IMG/VR virus record: IMGVR_UViG_3300034092_004324
Span: 14,024 to 78,023 of that record
DNA from: a virus
Reading direction: 5' to 3' (one strand)
Length of the DNA stretch: 64,000 nucleotides
Positions within the stretch are counted from its first letter, which is position 1, and every line of letters starts with the position of its first letter. Made by a program: the position numbers and the translations under genes. Below, piece by piece: positions 27,898 to 38,458 of the stretch. Under the pieces are notes generated by a model. It did no database searches. It was given only the letters and a program-made list of their open reading frames with translations, and was not told the DNA's origin.

Positions 27898-28730
27898 GTC
27901 ATTATTTCATTCGATGTATTTTTATTTGTGTATGTAAATACTTGGCTATTTTTATTTTCTTTTACAATTTTTGACATAATTTCTATAAAATCAATATTAA
28001 ATTCTTTTTTTAAATTATCTAATTCTTTATTGTTACTAACATTTGTAGAAAATAAATTTAAGTTATTATCCATCACATCTTTAATCATTTCTTCAATTGC
28101 TTTTTCAATTGGTTCTTTAAATAAATCAATTTCTTTAGGTGTTAATTTTTTATCTTTAGTTATTTCTTTTAATTTAGCATTTATTTCTTCTAAGATTGGA
28201 TTTATACCAAAAAATTCAGTAATAGAACATGAACAGTCTAATGTACGTAAATCAATATAATTAAGATCTAATATCCATTCAGTAGAATCAACTCTAACTT
28301 TAAGATCATAACCATCCCATTGTTCTACTTTTAAAACTCTTTCTTTTTTAGCAGCAGGTTCTTTATCAGTACTAATTTTAAAGTATTTTTTAGCATATCT
28401 TGCACTTTCATTTCGATCATTAATAACTACATAATAATCATCTTCTTGTGCTTCTAATGTATATTCTTTGTTTGGTGTTAAATGTCTAAATTTACCATTA
28501 TTATTGTTTAGACATATCAGTTTTGTACCTTCCATTGTGGTTGTTGTTTGTTTGTTTAAATATTCGTTTAATAAAATTTCAAATTTATTTTTATTAGTTA
28601 TTTCTGTCCAATATTCATTATTTACATTGTGATGATATAATAAATTATTTCTTGGGTCAACTTTTTGACCTCTTTCATTAATGATAATTACTTTTTTACT
28701 GTGTTTGTCTTTATATCCATATTTCATCAT
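27882..28730 (-). CDS. hypothetical multi-domain protein
   Basis: C..N...LTPNKEY...VIND...Y.KKYF domain; C-terminal NKNTSNEI. Confidence 0.6.
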   Translation of the reverse strand: MMKYGYKDKHSKKVIIINERGQKVDPRNNLLYHHNVNNEYWTEITNKNKFEILLNEYLNKQTTTTMEGTKLICLNNNNGKFRHLTPNKEYTLEAQEDDYYVVINDRNESARYAKKYFKISTDKEPAAKKERVLKVEQWDGYDLKVRVDSTEWILDLNYIDLRTLDCSCSITEFFGINPILEEINAKLKEITKDKKLTPKEIDLFKEPIEKAIEEMIKDVMDNNLNLFSTNVSNNKELDNLKKEFNIDFIEIMSKIVKENKNSQVFTYTNKNTSNEIMTWIIM

Positions 28731-28911
28731 TTTCAGATGTATTAATTAAAAGATTATGCATTTGCATTCTTTTTATTTTAAAACTTGAATTTGTAAAAAA
28801 AACAGAATCATTCATATTTTTTTGTGCTTTGTTGTTCATTTTATTTTTTATTTTTGTACTTATTTCTCTACCTATTGAGGTATGACCTACATAATTAGAC
28901 ATGTTTTTCAA
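28711..28911 (-). CDS. hypothetical protein
   Basis: ORF track. Confidence 0.4.
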   Translation of the reverse strand: MKNMSNYVGHTSIGREISTKIKNKMNNKAQKNMNDSVFFTNSSFKIKRMQMHNLLINTSENDEIWI

Positions 28912-29210
28912 AACTAAATATTTTAAGTTTATTTGAAATGTTAAATCTATTGAACATACCTAATTTATCATGAATATTAGAAAGTATTTCAAAATCTAAT
29001 TTATGAATTTTAGTCAAATAAATCATCGATCTTTGTTCTTGTCTTTTCATAATTTATCAAGATGATGCAGTTACATATTCATTTTCTTTAGTTTTTTCCC
29101 AAAGATAATCAACTACAACATCCTCAAGATTTTTTATTTCATTTAATTTTTTATTGGTAAATTTTTCTAATTCTTCAATTGAAATATATCTACCAGCATA
29201 CATAAATGTT

Positions 29211-29411
29211 TCACCCATATTTATTATCTTTTGCTGTTATTATTGTGATTAAAATTATACAAGCTAATATGTTAAAAAACATGTAAGGACTTTTATACAT
29301 GTTTAAAGCAAGCAAGTTTTGTACGATGAATACTAAGTAAGATGCTCTTCTATGTTTTTTGTATATAAGATAATATCCTAATACAGAAAGAATAACTAAA
29401 TAAATTTCCAT
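29211..29411 (-). CDS. small membrane protein
   Basis: Three hydrophobic stretches. Confidence 0.5.
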   Translation of the reverse strand: MEIYLVILSVLGYYLIYKKHRRASYLVFIVQNLLALNMYKSPYMFFNILACIILITIITAKDNKYG

Positions 29412-29617
29412 TACTTATTTTTGTTAAGTTTGGAAAATCTTTTATTTAGTTTTTTAACTTTATCTTCTGCTCTTGCTTTATCGTAAAATAAAATTGCAGT
29501 ATCTACCCAAGTATATACTAAAGTTCTTTTAACTCTGACTTGAAGTCTAAAGTTTGTTACGTTGTGGTTTGTCTCAGGTTTTAATCTAAATGACCTGAGT
29601 TTTTTTGTGCTTTTCAT
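29411..29617 (-). CDS. small basic protein
   Basis: ORF track. Confidence 0.55.
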   Translation of the reverse strand: MKSTKKLRSFRLKPETNHNVTNFRLQVRVKRTLVYTWVDTAILFYDKARAEDKVKKLNKRFSKLNKNK

Positions 29618-29629
29618 ATGAATTATTAA

Positions 29630-30717
29630 TTACCAATCTAAAAAGTGATAAAGTAAATTAACCCTTGTTTTAAAATTTATTTCATCTGCCATATTTTGTT
29701 CTTTTTCATTTCTAACATTATTAAAATTATGATATTTTTTATATGCACTAAAATTAATTCTTTTCATGTTATTTTTCTATGTCTTCAATTATACTATTAA
29801 ATAAAGTTCTTGTAGGATCTGAAATTTTATAATATAATCGATTAAGTTTTTTATCTACTCTTTTAAATAGTTGTAATTTATGTGAATTAAGTATACATGA
29901 GAATCTAAATAGATTTTTTTTCATGATATATGTTTAATATTTCTAATAATACTTAAAATCATTATTTGTGTTGAAATTTTATAAAATACTTTATCATAAT
30001 TTTTGTCAAAATGATGGACTTTAATACCTAAAGGTGGCGAAATATAAGATATTTTTTTCATGCGATGATTACGTTTAAAAAGATTCTATTTGAATTATTA
30101 CTAAAATCATTTTTTATATGCATTATTACTCGTTCTCTTTGTACTAATATCTCAATAAATATTTCATCAAATACTTTATCATTAACACAAGGATATAAAT
30201 TACCACGTGGTTTAAGATCTATTCGTTTCATTTCTTAAAAATGTTAAAATACGATTTTAAAATTTTTTAAATGAAAAAAAATTTTAATAAGAGATCTATT
30301 TTGTATTAACATTGTCATTTTTCTTTGTTCTACAAACCATTCACTTTTTAATTTTAAAAAACGAAATGTTTTATCATATAGTTGATCATCAGCATTATTT
30401 ACTATTATTCGTTTCATATTAATCTCTTTTCATTATGAACAAAATCTGTAAATATAAGTATTGACATTGTCATTTTCTTTCGTTTAAACCATTTAGTTCT
30501 TAAATATTGATACCTAAATACTTTATTATATAATTCATAATCAGCATGATTTACCATTATTATTTTCATATTATTCAAGATATTTTCCAAGAAAGAACAT
30601 ATTACTTATTACGCTAGATCTTTTAAAATATTTAATTCTTAAATAGTTTTTACTATATAAATTATCATCAAAACTATATAAATTATCATCAAAACGAAAT
30701 GTAATTATTTTTTTCAT
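29630..30717 (-). other. tandem array of seven small (45-57 aa) MK(R/K/I)x ORFs, partly paralogous
   Basis: ATGs at 30717, 30569, 30417, 30231, 30061, 29924 and 29767; abutting or ATGA-overlapping; the 30569 and 30417 ORFs align clearly. Confidence 0.6.
30652..30693. repeat. perfect 21-bp tandem duplication
   Basis: actatataaattatcatcaaa x2 (encodes FDDNLYS twice). Confidence 0.85.
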
Positions 30718-30719
30718 TT

Positions 30720-31289
30720 TCAAGATATTAAAGTTTCAAGTGATTTTTCAGTTAAAACTAAATATTTTGTTCTAACTTGTATTATTTTATCAAATTGTAT
30801 TTCAAATAAGTTTCTTGAATTTTCTTTATCAAATATAATAGTTCCTTTAAATAAATAAGATAATTTATTTGTAGGTTTATTTTTTTGTTTAATACTAATT
30901 TCTTCAATTCTATATATATTAAAGTTACCATTTATTAAATCTTCTCTTATATCAATCAAATAAACAACTGATAATTTATGTTTTAATATTTCCAATTCAT
31001 TATATGAAAATGGATATATTCCTTCTATTAATTTTACATTTCCAATTTTTATTTCTGATGTATATTCTTTCCATTTATGTTCAAGATGTTGTTTTCTAAT
31101 ATAACCATTTGAGGTTATAAATTTACCACTTCTTAAATCAATTTTTAATTTTTCTTTAAATATTATAGGTCTTTTTTGATGTTTGAAAAATAGGTAGGTA
31201 TTATTTGGGTTATACCTACCTATTTTATCGTGTGCTTTCTTGAAAAGCTTACTTAAATCAAAAAGATGATTAGTCTTTTGAATTTTCAT
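30720..31289 (-). CDS. hypothetical protein
   Basis: 189-aa ORF. Confidence 0.55.
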   Translation of the reverse strand: MKIQKTNHLFDLSKLFKKAHDKIGRYNPNNTYLFFKHQKRPIIFKEKLKIDLRSGKFITSNGYIRKQHLEHKWKEYTSEIKIGNVKLIEGIYPFSYNELEILKHKLSVVYLIDIREDLINGNFNIYRIEEISIKQKNKPTNKLSYLFKGTIIFDKENSRNLFEIQFDKIIQVRTKYLVLTEKSLETLIS

Positions 31290-31506
31290 AAAGTTTCAAA
31301 AAAGGATTGAAGACTGTTTGTGGAAACACCATGCAATCTTTATCCATTGGGAGATTGGTGTGTTTATCAGTAGTCAACAAAGACTTTCCTTCTATAAGAC
31401 GGAAATCTTTTTGTTTGTCGATTACCACAATTTGTCTTTCTTCCACTTCTGTTGCAAAATGACCTGCTGTGGAAGACGCAGGAGCAACATTAATACCTCT
31501 TTTCAT
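31270..31506 (-). CDS. small partner protein of the DUF6745-like gene
   Basis: TAGH...KHTNL...Q..FNPF...D pattern typical of genes next to DUF6745-type ORFs. Confidence 0.55.
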   Translation of the reverse strand: MKRGINVAPASSTAGHFATEVEERQIVVIDKQKDFRLIEGKSLLTTDKHTNLPMDKDCMVFPQTVFNPFLKLYENSKD

Positions 31507-31528
31507 TGTTTTGTTTTTTAAAAATTAA

Positions 31529-32719
31529 TTAATATTCATACTTCATTAATCCAAAATATTCATTACCTGAAAGTGATACAAGATCATCTTTTTCTGATTG
31601 ACTTAAGTTTTTAAGTATTTCTGTTCCTTTAGGAGTAAAATTAGCTGAGAATATTTCTCCTTGTCTTTGAAGAGATGTTAAATGCTTTTTTAATTTACGT
31701 GGTATTCTGCACAAAGATGCTATTGCATCTTTAGCATTGTTATGTTCTGAAAATACCCCTAAAAAGAACATTCTGTCTGTTGAAGGACAAAAACATCTTA
31801 CATAAGCAATTTCAACATCTTCTATTTGTCCTTTGAATAATGTATAAACACCTACGTTCATTGATTTTGTAGTTCCTTCTAAATACACAGGATCTTTTGT
31901 ATCAACGTATGTGTCTTTTTCTGACAGATATTCTTTAAGATAATCAACTAAGAAAGTTCCTCCAAACTTTTCTTCGTAAAAATTTAGTACAGCACTTTTT
32001 ATTTCTTCGTTTTGCTCTTTTACAAAGTCGCTAAACAAATAAGTCTTTTCAGACAAGCTTTTGTACAATTCAGCAGTAACGATTAAACCATTAATTGCAT
32101 ACAATTCATAGTCTTCAAATATTACAGATGGACCATTTATGTTATGTAATTGAAAGCTAGCGTTTCTACTGATAAAACGAGGAAATTCACAGATTAAACA
32201 AACTTCTTCGTATTGGATGCTCATAAAACTTAATTTACTTGCATTTACTAAAAGTTTTAATCTTTGTTTCAATTCATCGTCTAAAATATTTTTAAAGTTC
32301 TCATTAATGTAGTCATAATATCCTAACCAACTGAATTCATAGGATGAAATACTATAACTAAAGTTTTTGTAAGTAAAGTTAATATTGTCATTAGCGATGA
32401 TATCATTAAGTTTATTTAAAAACTCTACATGATTTTTATCATCTATATCTTTACGAAACAATTTGTCGTATTTATCGTTTTCTAAGACATTTGCAAACTT
32501 TTGCATTTGTCTTGGTGATGTACACTGTATTACTAATGGTCTTTTATACTCCAAAGCTTCATACAAATCACCAATTCTTTTTGTCTTTTCTTCATGAGAA
32601 ATCTTTTTATTTTCTTCATAAAGCTGGTATTTGAATACAAAGTCTAACCACTTTTCAGAAAACACTTCAATATTGGCTTCCTGTTCTGGTGTTAACTTGG
32701 TTATTTTTTCGTTTGACAT
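31529..32719 (-). CDS. DUF6745-like protein
   Basis: ITKLTPEQ, SP..Q, WLGYYDY, LHNINGPSV.F.D, VRCFCPSTDRMFFL. Confidence 0.65.
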   Translation of the reverse strand: MSNEKITKLTPEQEANIEVFSEKWLDFVFKYQLYEENKKISHEEKTKRIGDLYEALEYKRPLVIQCTSPRQMQKFANVLENDKYDKLFRKDIDDKNHVEFLNKLNDIIANDNINFTYKNFSYSISSYEFSWLGYYDYINENFKNILDDELKQRLKLLVNASKLSFMSIQYEEVCLICEFPRFISRNASFQLHNINGPSVIFEDYELYAINGLIVTAELYKSLSEKTYLFSDFVKEQNEEIKSAVLNFYEEKFGGTFLVDYLKEYLSEKDTYVDTKDPVYLEGTTKSMNVGVYTLFKGQIEDVEIAYVRCFCPSTDRMFFLGVFSEHNNAKDAIASLCRIPRKLKKHLTSLQRQGEIFSANFTPKGTEILKNLSQSEKDDLVSLSGNEYFGLMKYEY

Positions 32720-32890
32720 CTTTTTTGTTGTTTTTTTTGATTAAAACTTAGCAGTTTTAAATAGTGTAAAAATCAATTGAAATAGATTGAAAGAGTATGA
32801 TATCTTTTAAACATTTCACTTAATATCTGATAGTTAATACTTTTAGAAATTTTAGAATCAAAATGTTTAATATTATCGTTATAGATAATA

Positions 32891-33112
32891 TTATTTATAT
32901 TTATTTTTCTCATAATATTCTATGTCGTTATAAACAAATTTTTCTATTTCTGAATTTACTCCTTTTAAAATCTGTGCTATTGCTACAAATCTCATTAAAA
33001 TAGGTAATTTATTACTTGTATTAACTTTAAATTGTTTTTTTACTTCAAGTGTAATACTTTGTATTAATGTTTGACGATGTAATTCAGGGTCCATGTAATA
33101 TAATTTTTTCAT
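32891..33112 (-). CDS. hypothetical protein
   Basis: ORF track. Confidence 0.45.
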   Translation of the reverse strand: MKKLYYMDPELHRQTLIQSITLEVKKQFKVNTSNKLPILMRFVAIAQILKGVNSEIEKFVYNDIEYYEKNKYK

Positions 33113-33291
33113 ATTAAAAACTTCATTTCATTAACTTTAATTGAATGACGAATCTGAGATGATGCTATAAAACAAAGAGGTGTGTTTGTAATTTGCATTC
33201 TCATTGAATCATGAATACTATAATCTAATTGTAAAAGAATTGGTTTTTCTATTTTATTATAGATATTAAGTTTAGTTGATATATTATTCAT
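33109..33291 (-). CDS. hypothetical protein
   Basis: ORF track, ATGA overlap. Confidence 0.45.
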   Translation of the reverse strand: MNNISTKLNIYNKIEKPILLQLDYSIHDSMRMQITNTPLCFIASSQIRHSIKVNEMKFLI

Positions 33292-33600
33292 AATTAATCA
33301 TTATTAATTATATAGTTATGTCCATCATTTAAAGTTCCTCTTAATTGGCTACTTATTTTATGACTTGTTCCTACTTTAATTAAAAAAATAAGAATTGAAT
33401 CAAATTTTAAATTTGATTTGGAAACAATTGGAGATTTTGCTGTTAATGTAGAACTACGTATTTTCTTCATAACTTATGATTTTAATTAGTTTTTCTTATG
33501 TCATCATATAAATTATCAACTAATTGATTTAATAAGGTATAATTTATGTTATAAAGTTTATTTAAATTAATTATGTTATCATTAAATGTATTTATTCTTT

Positions 33601-33792
33601 TCATAATTGTTCATCTTTTAAAAAAGTAATTACACATCCATGTAGTTCAAAATCTGTTTTATAACCTATTTCTTCCTCAAGTTGATCACATAGTTGAATA
33701 TATATTTTTTTAATTGTTTGAGAAAATATTCGATTAAGTATATCATTGTTTAATTGACAACTATCATTAACAAAGTTATGTGCTCTTTCCAT
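33601..33792 (-). CDS. hypothetical protein
   Basis: ORF track. Confidence 0.45.
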   Translation of the reverse strand: MERAHNFVNDSCQLNNDILNRIFSQTIKKIYIQLCDQLEEEIGYKTDFELHGCVITFLKDEQL

Positions 33793-33922
33793 TGTTATAA
33801 TTAAAAAACAAGTGTTAATATTTCTACTAACACTTGTTATGTTTTTGTCTATATTGTTCTTTATATTCTTTCCAAGTTATGTTTTAGAGACAACTTCTTG
33901 GCTTCCTTAATCCGGGAACAAT

Positions 33923-34300
33923 TTAATTGTTTGTCTGTACTGGCGGACTATTAGTCATCGTTGTCCAATTATTAGGCGGACTTGATGAAATTGAAACGGC
34001 ACCAGTAGCATTATAAACTAAAACGTAATATGTTGTAGCATCATTATTAAACAATACAGTATAATAATCCATACTGTCTGTTTGCTGTAACACCGTCAAC
34101 GTATTAGCATTTTGCGTTAAGTAGGAGAGCATATCACCTTGAGAAGTGAATGTAGTGAAATCTGAATGATATGACACTTGTTGTGCTGAATCATTCATAG
34201 CGGTTAACGAGGTTTGTTCAACAGCATCTGTAGCAGAAGGTGGTGTACAACCTACAATTCCTGTAAATAACAGGAGACAAATAATTAAAAGACTTCGCAT
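33923..34300 (-). CDS. lipoprotein
   Basis: MRSLLIICLLLFTGIVG-C lipobox; S/T/N-rich mature part. Confidence 0.7.
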   Translation of the reverse strand: MRSLLIICLLLFTGIVGCTPPSATDAVEQTSLTAMNDSAQQVSYHSDFTTFTSQGDMLSYLTQNANTLTVLQQTDSMDYYTVLFNNDATTYYVLVYNATGAVSISSSPPNNWTTMTNSPPVQTNN

Positions 34301-34399
34301 AACTTTTTTTGTTTGTTTTGTTTGTTTTGTTTGTTAATATATATAATGAAAAAATTTTCAAGATATAACAAAATTTATTAGTCGGTTAATAAATTTTAA

Positions 34400-34795
34400 T
34401 TATACTGTAACGCTGCTTTCTTTTACAATGTTTAAATATTCTTCTTCACTAATCAGTTCTGTAATGTTCTTAAAATCGTTAAGTGTTGATTTCCAATCTC
34501 TTGATTGTTCTCTTGATGGATTTTTAGATCCATTGTAAGAAGAAATTGGATTTCTAAATCCTTGAATTCTGTTTGCTAAATTATGAAACACTTTTCCAGT
34601 TAATTGAAAATTCTCAATGTTTAAGTTAACGTTGATTGGTTTATTAACTGCACGACCTGTGGCAATTAAAAAACCTTTCTTTCTTGAAAAATTTGGTTCT
34701 TGATTTGACTTATTAGATAAGCCAATCTGTAAGGTGTTATCAGTAACATTCATTGCTACTGTACACCCTTGTGCTAAAAAGTGTTTAACTTTCAT
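34400..34795 (-). CDS. hypothetical phage protein
   Basis: IGLS.....NFSRKKG..IATGRA motif. Confidence 0.6.
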   Translation of the reverse strand: MKVKHFLAQGCTVAMNVTDNTLQIGLSNKSNQEPNFSRKKGFLIATGRAVNKPINVNLNIENFQLTGKVFHNLANRIQGFRNPISSYNGSKNPSREQSRDWKSTLNDFKNITELISEEEYLNIVKESSVTV

Positions 34796-34807
34796 TTGTT
34801 GTTGATA

Positions 34808-35728
34808 TTAATTGTTTGTTTCGTTAGTTAAAGCCTCATCCAAATATGATTGATCATCTTTTGTTCCCCATTTTGTAATGATTCTACAAAGATTGTTTTT
34901 ACAGTATTCAAATACAACAGGATCTTTAGGAACCTTGCGATTTTCTACTTCAAAAAATCCAAATTTAGATTTCTTTTTTAAATCTTTTAAATCAAAATGA
35001 GTTTCTGGAGCTGCAATAAATAATCCTGATTTATCAATTTTTTGAATTTTATCGTAACTGTATAATTTAGTTAAAACTTTTTCGTTTAAACCTGGTTTTC
35101 CATCGATACCATCTTTTACTGCAACATAAGCCCAAGTATTATTTCCAGAATTAAACCATGATTCTAATGATATATAAGAAAAATTAATTCTTTTTAAATC
35201 ATTAACTGTAAAAATTGGTTCTTTTTTACCAAACAAGTTTAAAAGATAATCACTTTTTAAACCAATAAGAACAACGCTATCACCTGCACTATGAATTTCA
35301 TTTAATTTTTTAGTTCTTGAAATTTCTAATACATTCTTTTCAGGAATATCCATTATATAATTTTTCACTGGTGCATGAATTAAATTGTACTTTTTACAAA
35401 TACGTTCTAATTCATCTACAGTAATAAATTTTTCTAAAGGATATGCCTGTTTTAGTTCATTGAATGTATTAAGTTGTTCTTTATTTGAATTTATTGATTG
35501 CTCAATAAATTTACTTTTCTCTTTTAATTCTTGATATTGTTTTACAGGTTCAGAAGCAATAAAACCTAATTTTATAAGTTCTGTTGCTTTTTTTTCAAGT
35601 TTTGATTCTGTAACTACTTGTAAATTGTTAAGAACGTTTTCACATTCTTTGATGATTTTTTCTTCTGCATCATCAAATTCTTTATGAATTTGTTCAACAG
35701 TTGCTGGATGTTTTTTAAATGAAAACAT
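34808..35728 (-). CDS. conserved phage hypothetical protein
   Basis: ICKKYNL..AP...Y..DIPEKN; FIAAP; PKDPVV...IITKWG. Confidence 0.7.
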   Translation of the reverse strand: MFSFKKHPATVEQIHKEFDDAEEKIIKECENVLNNLQVVTESKLEKKATELIKLGFIASEPVKQYQELKEKSKFIEQSINSNKEQLNTFNELKQAYPLEKFITVDELERICKKYNLIHAPVKNYIMDIPEKNVLEISRTKKLNEIHSAGDSVVLIGLKSDYLLNLFGKKEPIFTVNDLKRINFSYISLESWFNSGNNTWAYVAVKDGIDGKPGLNEKVLTKLYSYDKIQKIDKSGLFIAAPETHFDLKDLKKKSKFGFFEVENRKVPKDPVVFEYCKNNLCRIITKWGTKDDQSYLDEALTNETNN

Positions 35729-35825
35729 GATTATTAAAATTTAATGATGGATGACAAGAGTAGGTAAAAATAAAGGACTATATTTTTTAAATTTATATAA
35801 TCCTTTATTTAATTTGGTTGATCGA

Positions 35826-36269
35826 TTAAGAAGCAACAGACTTAGTCTTTGCTTTTACTTTTGTTGCCGGAGCCATCATTTTCTCTTTTTGAGCCAATGC
35901 AATATCAGCTGGTTGAGAGAAGATTGTAATTGGATTAACCACATTGAGGTATTGAACCCCGGTCAATTCAATTTTAGTTGGCACTCCATTTTTGGTTTTG
36001 TAGTGCAACTCATTGGCTACAGTTTTAATTGGTCTTTTAGTTTTGCTGTCAAGCAAAAGTTCCCTGTTGGTTGACGCAGGATTAATCACATAGTGATTAC
36101 GATCTGTTGGATCGTAGTTGTCATCACCACGCATTAAATTGCGGCATTTTTGTCCATCGCGATCAAGTAAGTTATATTCAACAACGTTGAATAATTCTTT
36201 TTCATTGCGATCTTTGCCGAAACGATTTTTCTCTTCAGCAGTGTTTGGGTAAACCAAAATAATGTTCAT
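35826..36269 (-). CDS. hypothetical protein
   Basis: 147-aa ORF on the local coding strand. Confidence 0.6.
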   Translation of the reverse strand: MNIILVYPNTAEEKNRFGKDRNEKELFNVVEYNLLDRDGQKCRNLMRGDDNYDPTDRNHYVINPASTNRELLLDSKTKRPIKTVANELHYKTKNGVPTKIELTGVQYLNVVNPITIFSQPADIALAQKEKMMAPATKVKAKTKSVAS

Positions 36270-36315
36270 AACTTTTTTTGTTTTAAATTGTTAAATTGTT
36301 GATTAAATAAAATTG

Positions 36316-36407
36316 TACACCACAGCGGACTCGAACCGCCAACATCTTTTACAAGACCTTCTGCCGAGCACTGTTTAATGAAAAACAGCACATTGAAGTA
36401 ATGGTGT
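36316..36407 (-). ncRNA. aberrant tRNA-like element (expanded D-loop, truncated anticodon arm)
   Basis: Acceptor ACACCAT/GTGGTGT-A; D stem CTTC/GAAG enclosing an extra hairpin; TCTT-GTAA-AAGA; T-arm GGCGG-TTCGAGT-CCGCT. Confidence 0.55.
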
Positions 36408-36645
36408 ATTGCTCCATACGTTTCTTCTATGATTTTATTTACGTCGATGAAATATCTCGCTACATGCTACAATTGAATCTTGGGGATTCATTTCCAACTA
36501 TTTTCACAGGAAATAATGTAACATGGTCACGGCAAAATATAAATTCTATAACTTACATGACCAGGGAAATAGATAAACTGGTACTGGGTTATGTTGTTAC
36601 CATCATTGAATTTGTGACGCTTTTTATTCAAAGAATACTTTGTAG

Positions 36646-36699
36646 TGACCCCGATAGGATTTGAACCTATAAAATCGCTCCCAACTGAGCTACGGAATC
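36646..36699 (-). ncRNA. 54-nt tRNA-like element lacking the anticodon arm
   Basis: GATTCCG-TA-GCTC-AGTTGG-GAGC-GATTTT-ATAGG-TTCAAAT-CCTAT-CGGGGTC-A. Confidence 0.7.
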
Positions 36700-37309
36700 A
36701 TATTATAAATTAAAAGAAAGGAGGGTAAAAAAAGAATAAAACTACTAAAACTTTCTTTCAAAACAACGAGATGTGTCAAATTAATCCCTCCTTTCTTTTG
36801 TTTTTAGCCGTTAATTTTTGCGGCTAAGCTGTTGTTAAAAACACACATTTTTTTCTGAGCTTTTGTGAGCTTCATACCAGATTCGCTTTTTTGAAGAATA
36901 ATCTCCTCAATGCTTAATTGTTTTTTCTTAGCCATATATGTTGATGTAAAATTGTTTCTATTTAAATAAACAAGCTCTCATCGCTCTATTAGAGCCTGTT
37001 TAACATTCCATATTATTTGATTTCCCTATTATGAGCGTGTCTATCAAATAATATTTGCTGGAATGATTACCTTTTGGTTTTTTCATAAAAAAACTATTAA
37101 AGGTCATTATCAAAAAAATTGTCTTTGTGCATTTTCCATGCAACGTAGAATACTGTAATGACAGATCCTATACAAAAAATAATTACTAACCATCCTAATA
37201 ATTCCATAGATGTAGTTTTAGAAGTTAAAAAAAGAACCAACAGAACAAATTATTAATAAGTCCTGTTGGGTTCACGTACTACGAGTAAAAAACTCGAAGA
37301 TATTTATTT

Positions 37310-37558
37310 TTAGTAATCTTCATCAAGGTTTATACCACTTTGATAAAAATACAAAATAATTAATCCGAGTATTACTGGCATTTCTATAAGCCATATAATG
37401 CTATTTTGAATTTCTTTATAGTCTTCATTAAATAATAATGATAAGACATAATTGAAACCACAAAACATAGCAATTAAAGCCAGTGGTATTACTGTAAGAC
37501 CAATGGTAACTAATAAAAAGTTTTTCATGATTAAAATTTTGTTACTTCTGTTTTCCAA
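37310..37558 (-). CDS. small membrane protein
   Basis: Two TM segments. Confidence 0.5.
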   Translation of the reverse strand: MENRSNKILIMKNFLLVTIGLTVIPLALIAMFCGFNYVLSLLFNEDYKEIQNSIIWLIEMPVILGLIILYFYQSGINLDEDY

Positions 37559-37860
37559 ATGTTACCTTTTCCATCTTTAAAACTTTTTGTTTTAAAATAG
37601 AAACGATTACCCCAATCTTTTGCTGTTTTACAGCAGATAGCGGAGATAGACTTCATTGAGTAATCACTTGCGAGGAATGAAATGGTTTCACCATTTTTCA
37701 TTTTCTCCAATTGAAACCTCATTGATTCTGCTTTTCTTTTTTTTCTCTGTACTGTTTTATTTACAGTTTGAGATAAATTAGATACCAGATTATCTTGATT
37801 AATAGTAATTCCTTCAGGAATTAAAATCTCAAGAGTGAAATTTAACACAATCTTCTTCAT
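37531..37860 (-). CDS. hypothetical protein
   Basis: ORF track. Confidence 0.5.
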   Translation of the reverse strand: MKKIVLNFTLEILIPEGITINQDNLVSNLSQTVNKTVQRKKRKAESMRFQLEKMKNGETISFLASDYSMKSISAICCKTAKDWGNRFYFKTKSFKDGKGNIWKTEVTKF

Positions 37861-37896
37861 AGTTATATGTTTTTGATTTATTTTGATTTGAAGTAG

Positions 37897-37970
37897 TAGA
37901 AATAACGAGACTCGAACTCGTAACCTACAGATTAGAAATCTGTTGCTCTATCCAATTAAGCTATATTTCT
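37897..37970 (-). tRNA. tRNA-Arg(UCU)
   Basis: Canonical cloverleaf: AGAAATA/TATTTCT, GCTT..GAGC, ACAGA-TTTCTAA-TCTGT, ACGAG-TTCGAGT-CTCGT; CCA not encoded. Confidence 0.93.
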
Positions 37971-38458
37971 AAAAATAAAAGTCAATGTCTGCCACAACGT
38001 TGATATCCTCTTTTTTGTAGCTTTTTGTTCATTGAGTGATGTTTTTTGTAATCAAACCCACTTGAGTGCGATGCACATGATGTTATTGATATAACTATCA
38101 TTGTACAAATAACAATTGAAATGATTTTTTTCATTTCTTTTAATTTAAATGATGTAAAGATTGAAAACGTCTGTGTTTTTTGAAGAATTTAGCATCAACA
38201 GTAATTCTTTCTTTAACGCACATTGGATTACCATATTCATGATGAAATTGATCACCAAACATACAATAATCCACAATAGTTGAAACTGTTAACTGTCTCA
38301 TATATTTGGGATTTAAAGTTGTTTAATTTGAAAAAAAAGCAACAACTTAGACATTGATATCATCTCTGAATGTTGTTGCTTTTCTGAAGTCGTATTCCCT
38401 TTATCGTAAAGAACATCCCAAACACTATTAAGGAAACATCGACGTTTTTAATTTTTTG

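Noticed and set aside
26304-30693. CRISPR array or diversity-generating retroelement
   Set aside because: Only two isolated 21-bp in-frame duplications; no repeat-spacer periodicity and no reverse transcriptase in the window
4704-36664. Plus-strand short ORFs in the left arm (4704, 17201, 20048, 20656, 22686, 27928, 31318, 35751, 36401)
   Set aside because: They are antisense shadows of real minus-strand genes or RNA elements and have no recognisable motifs
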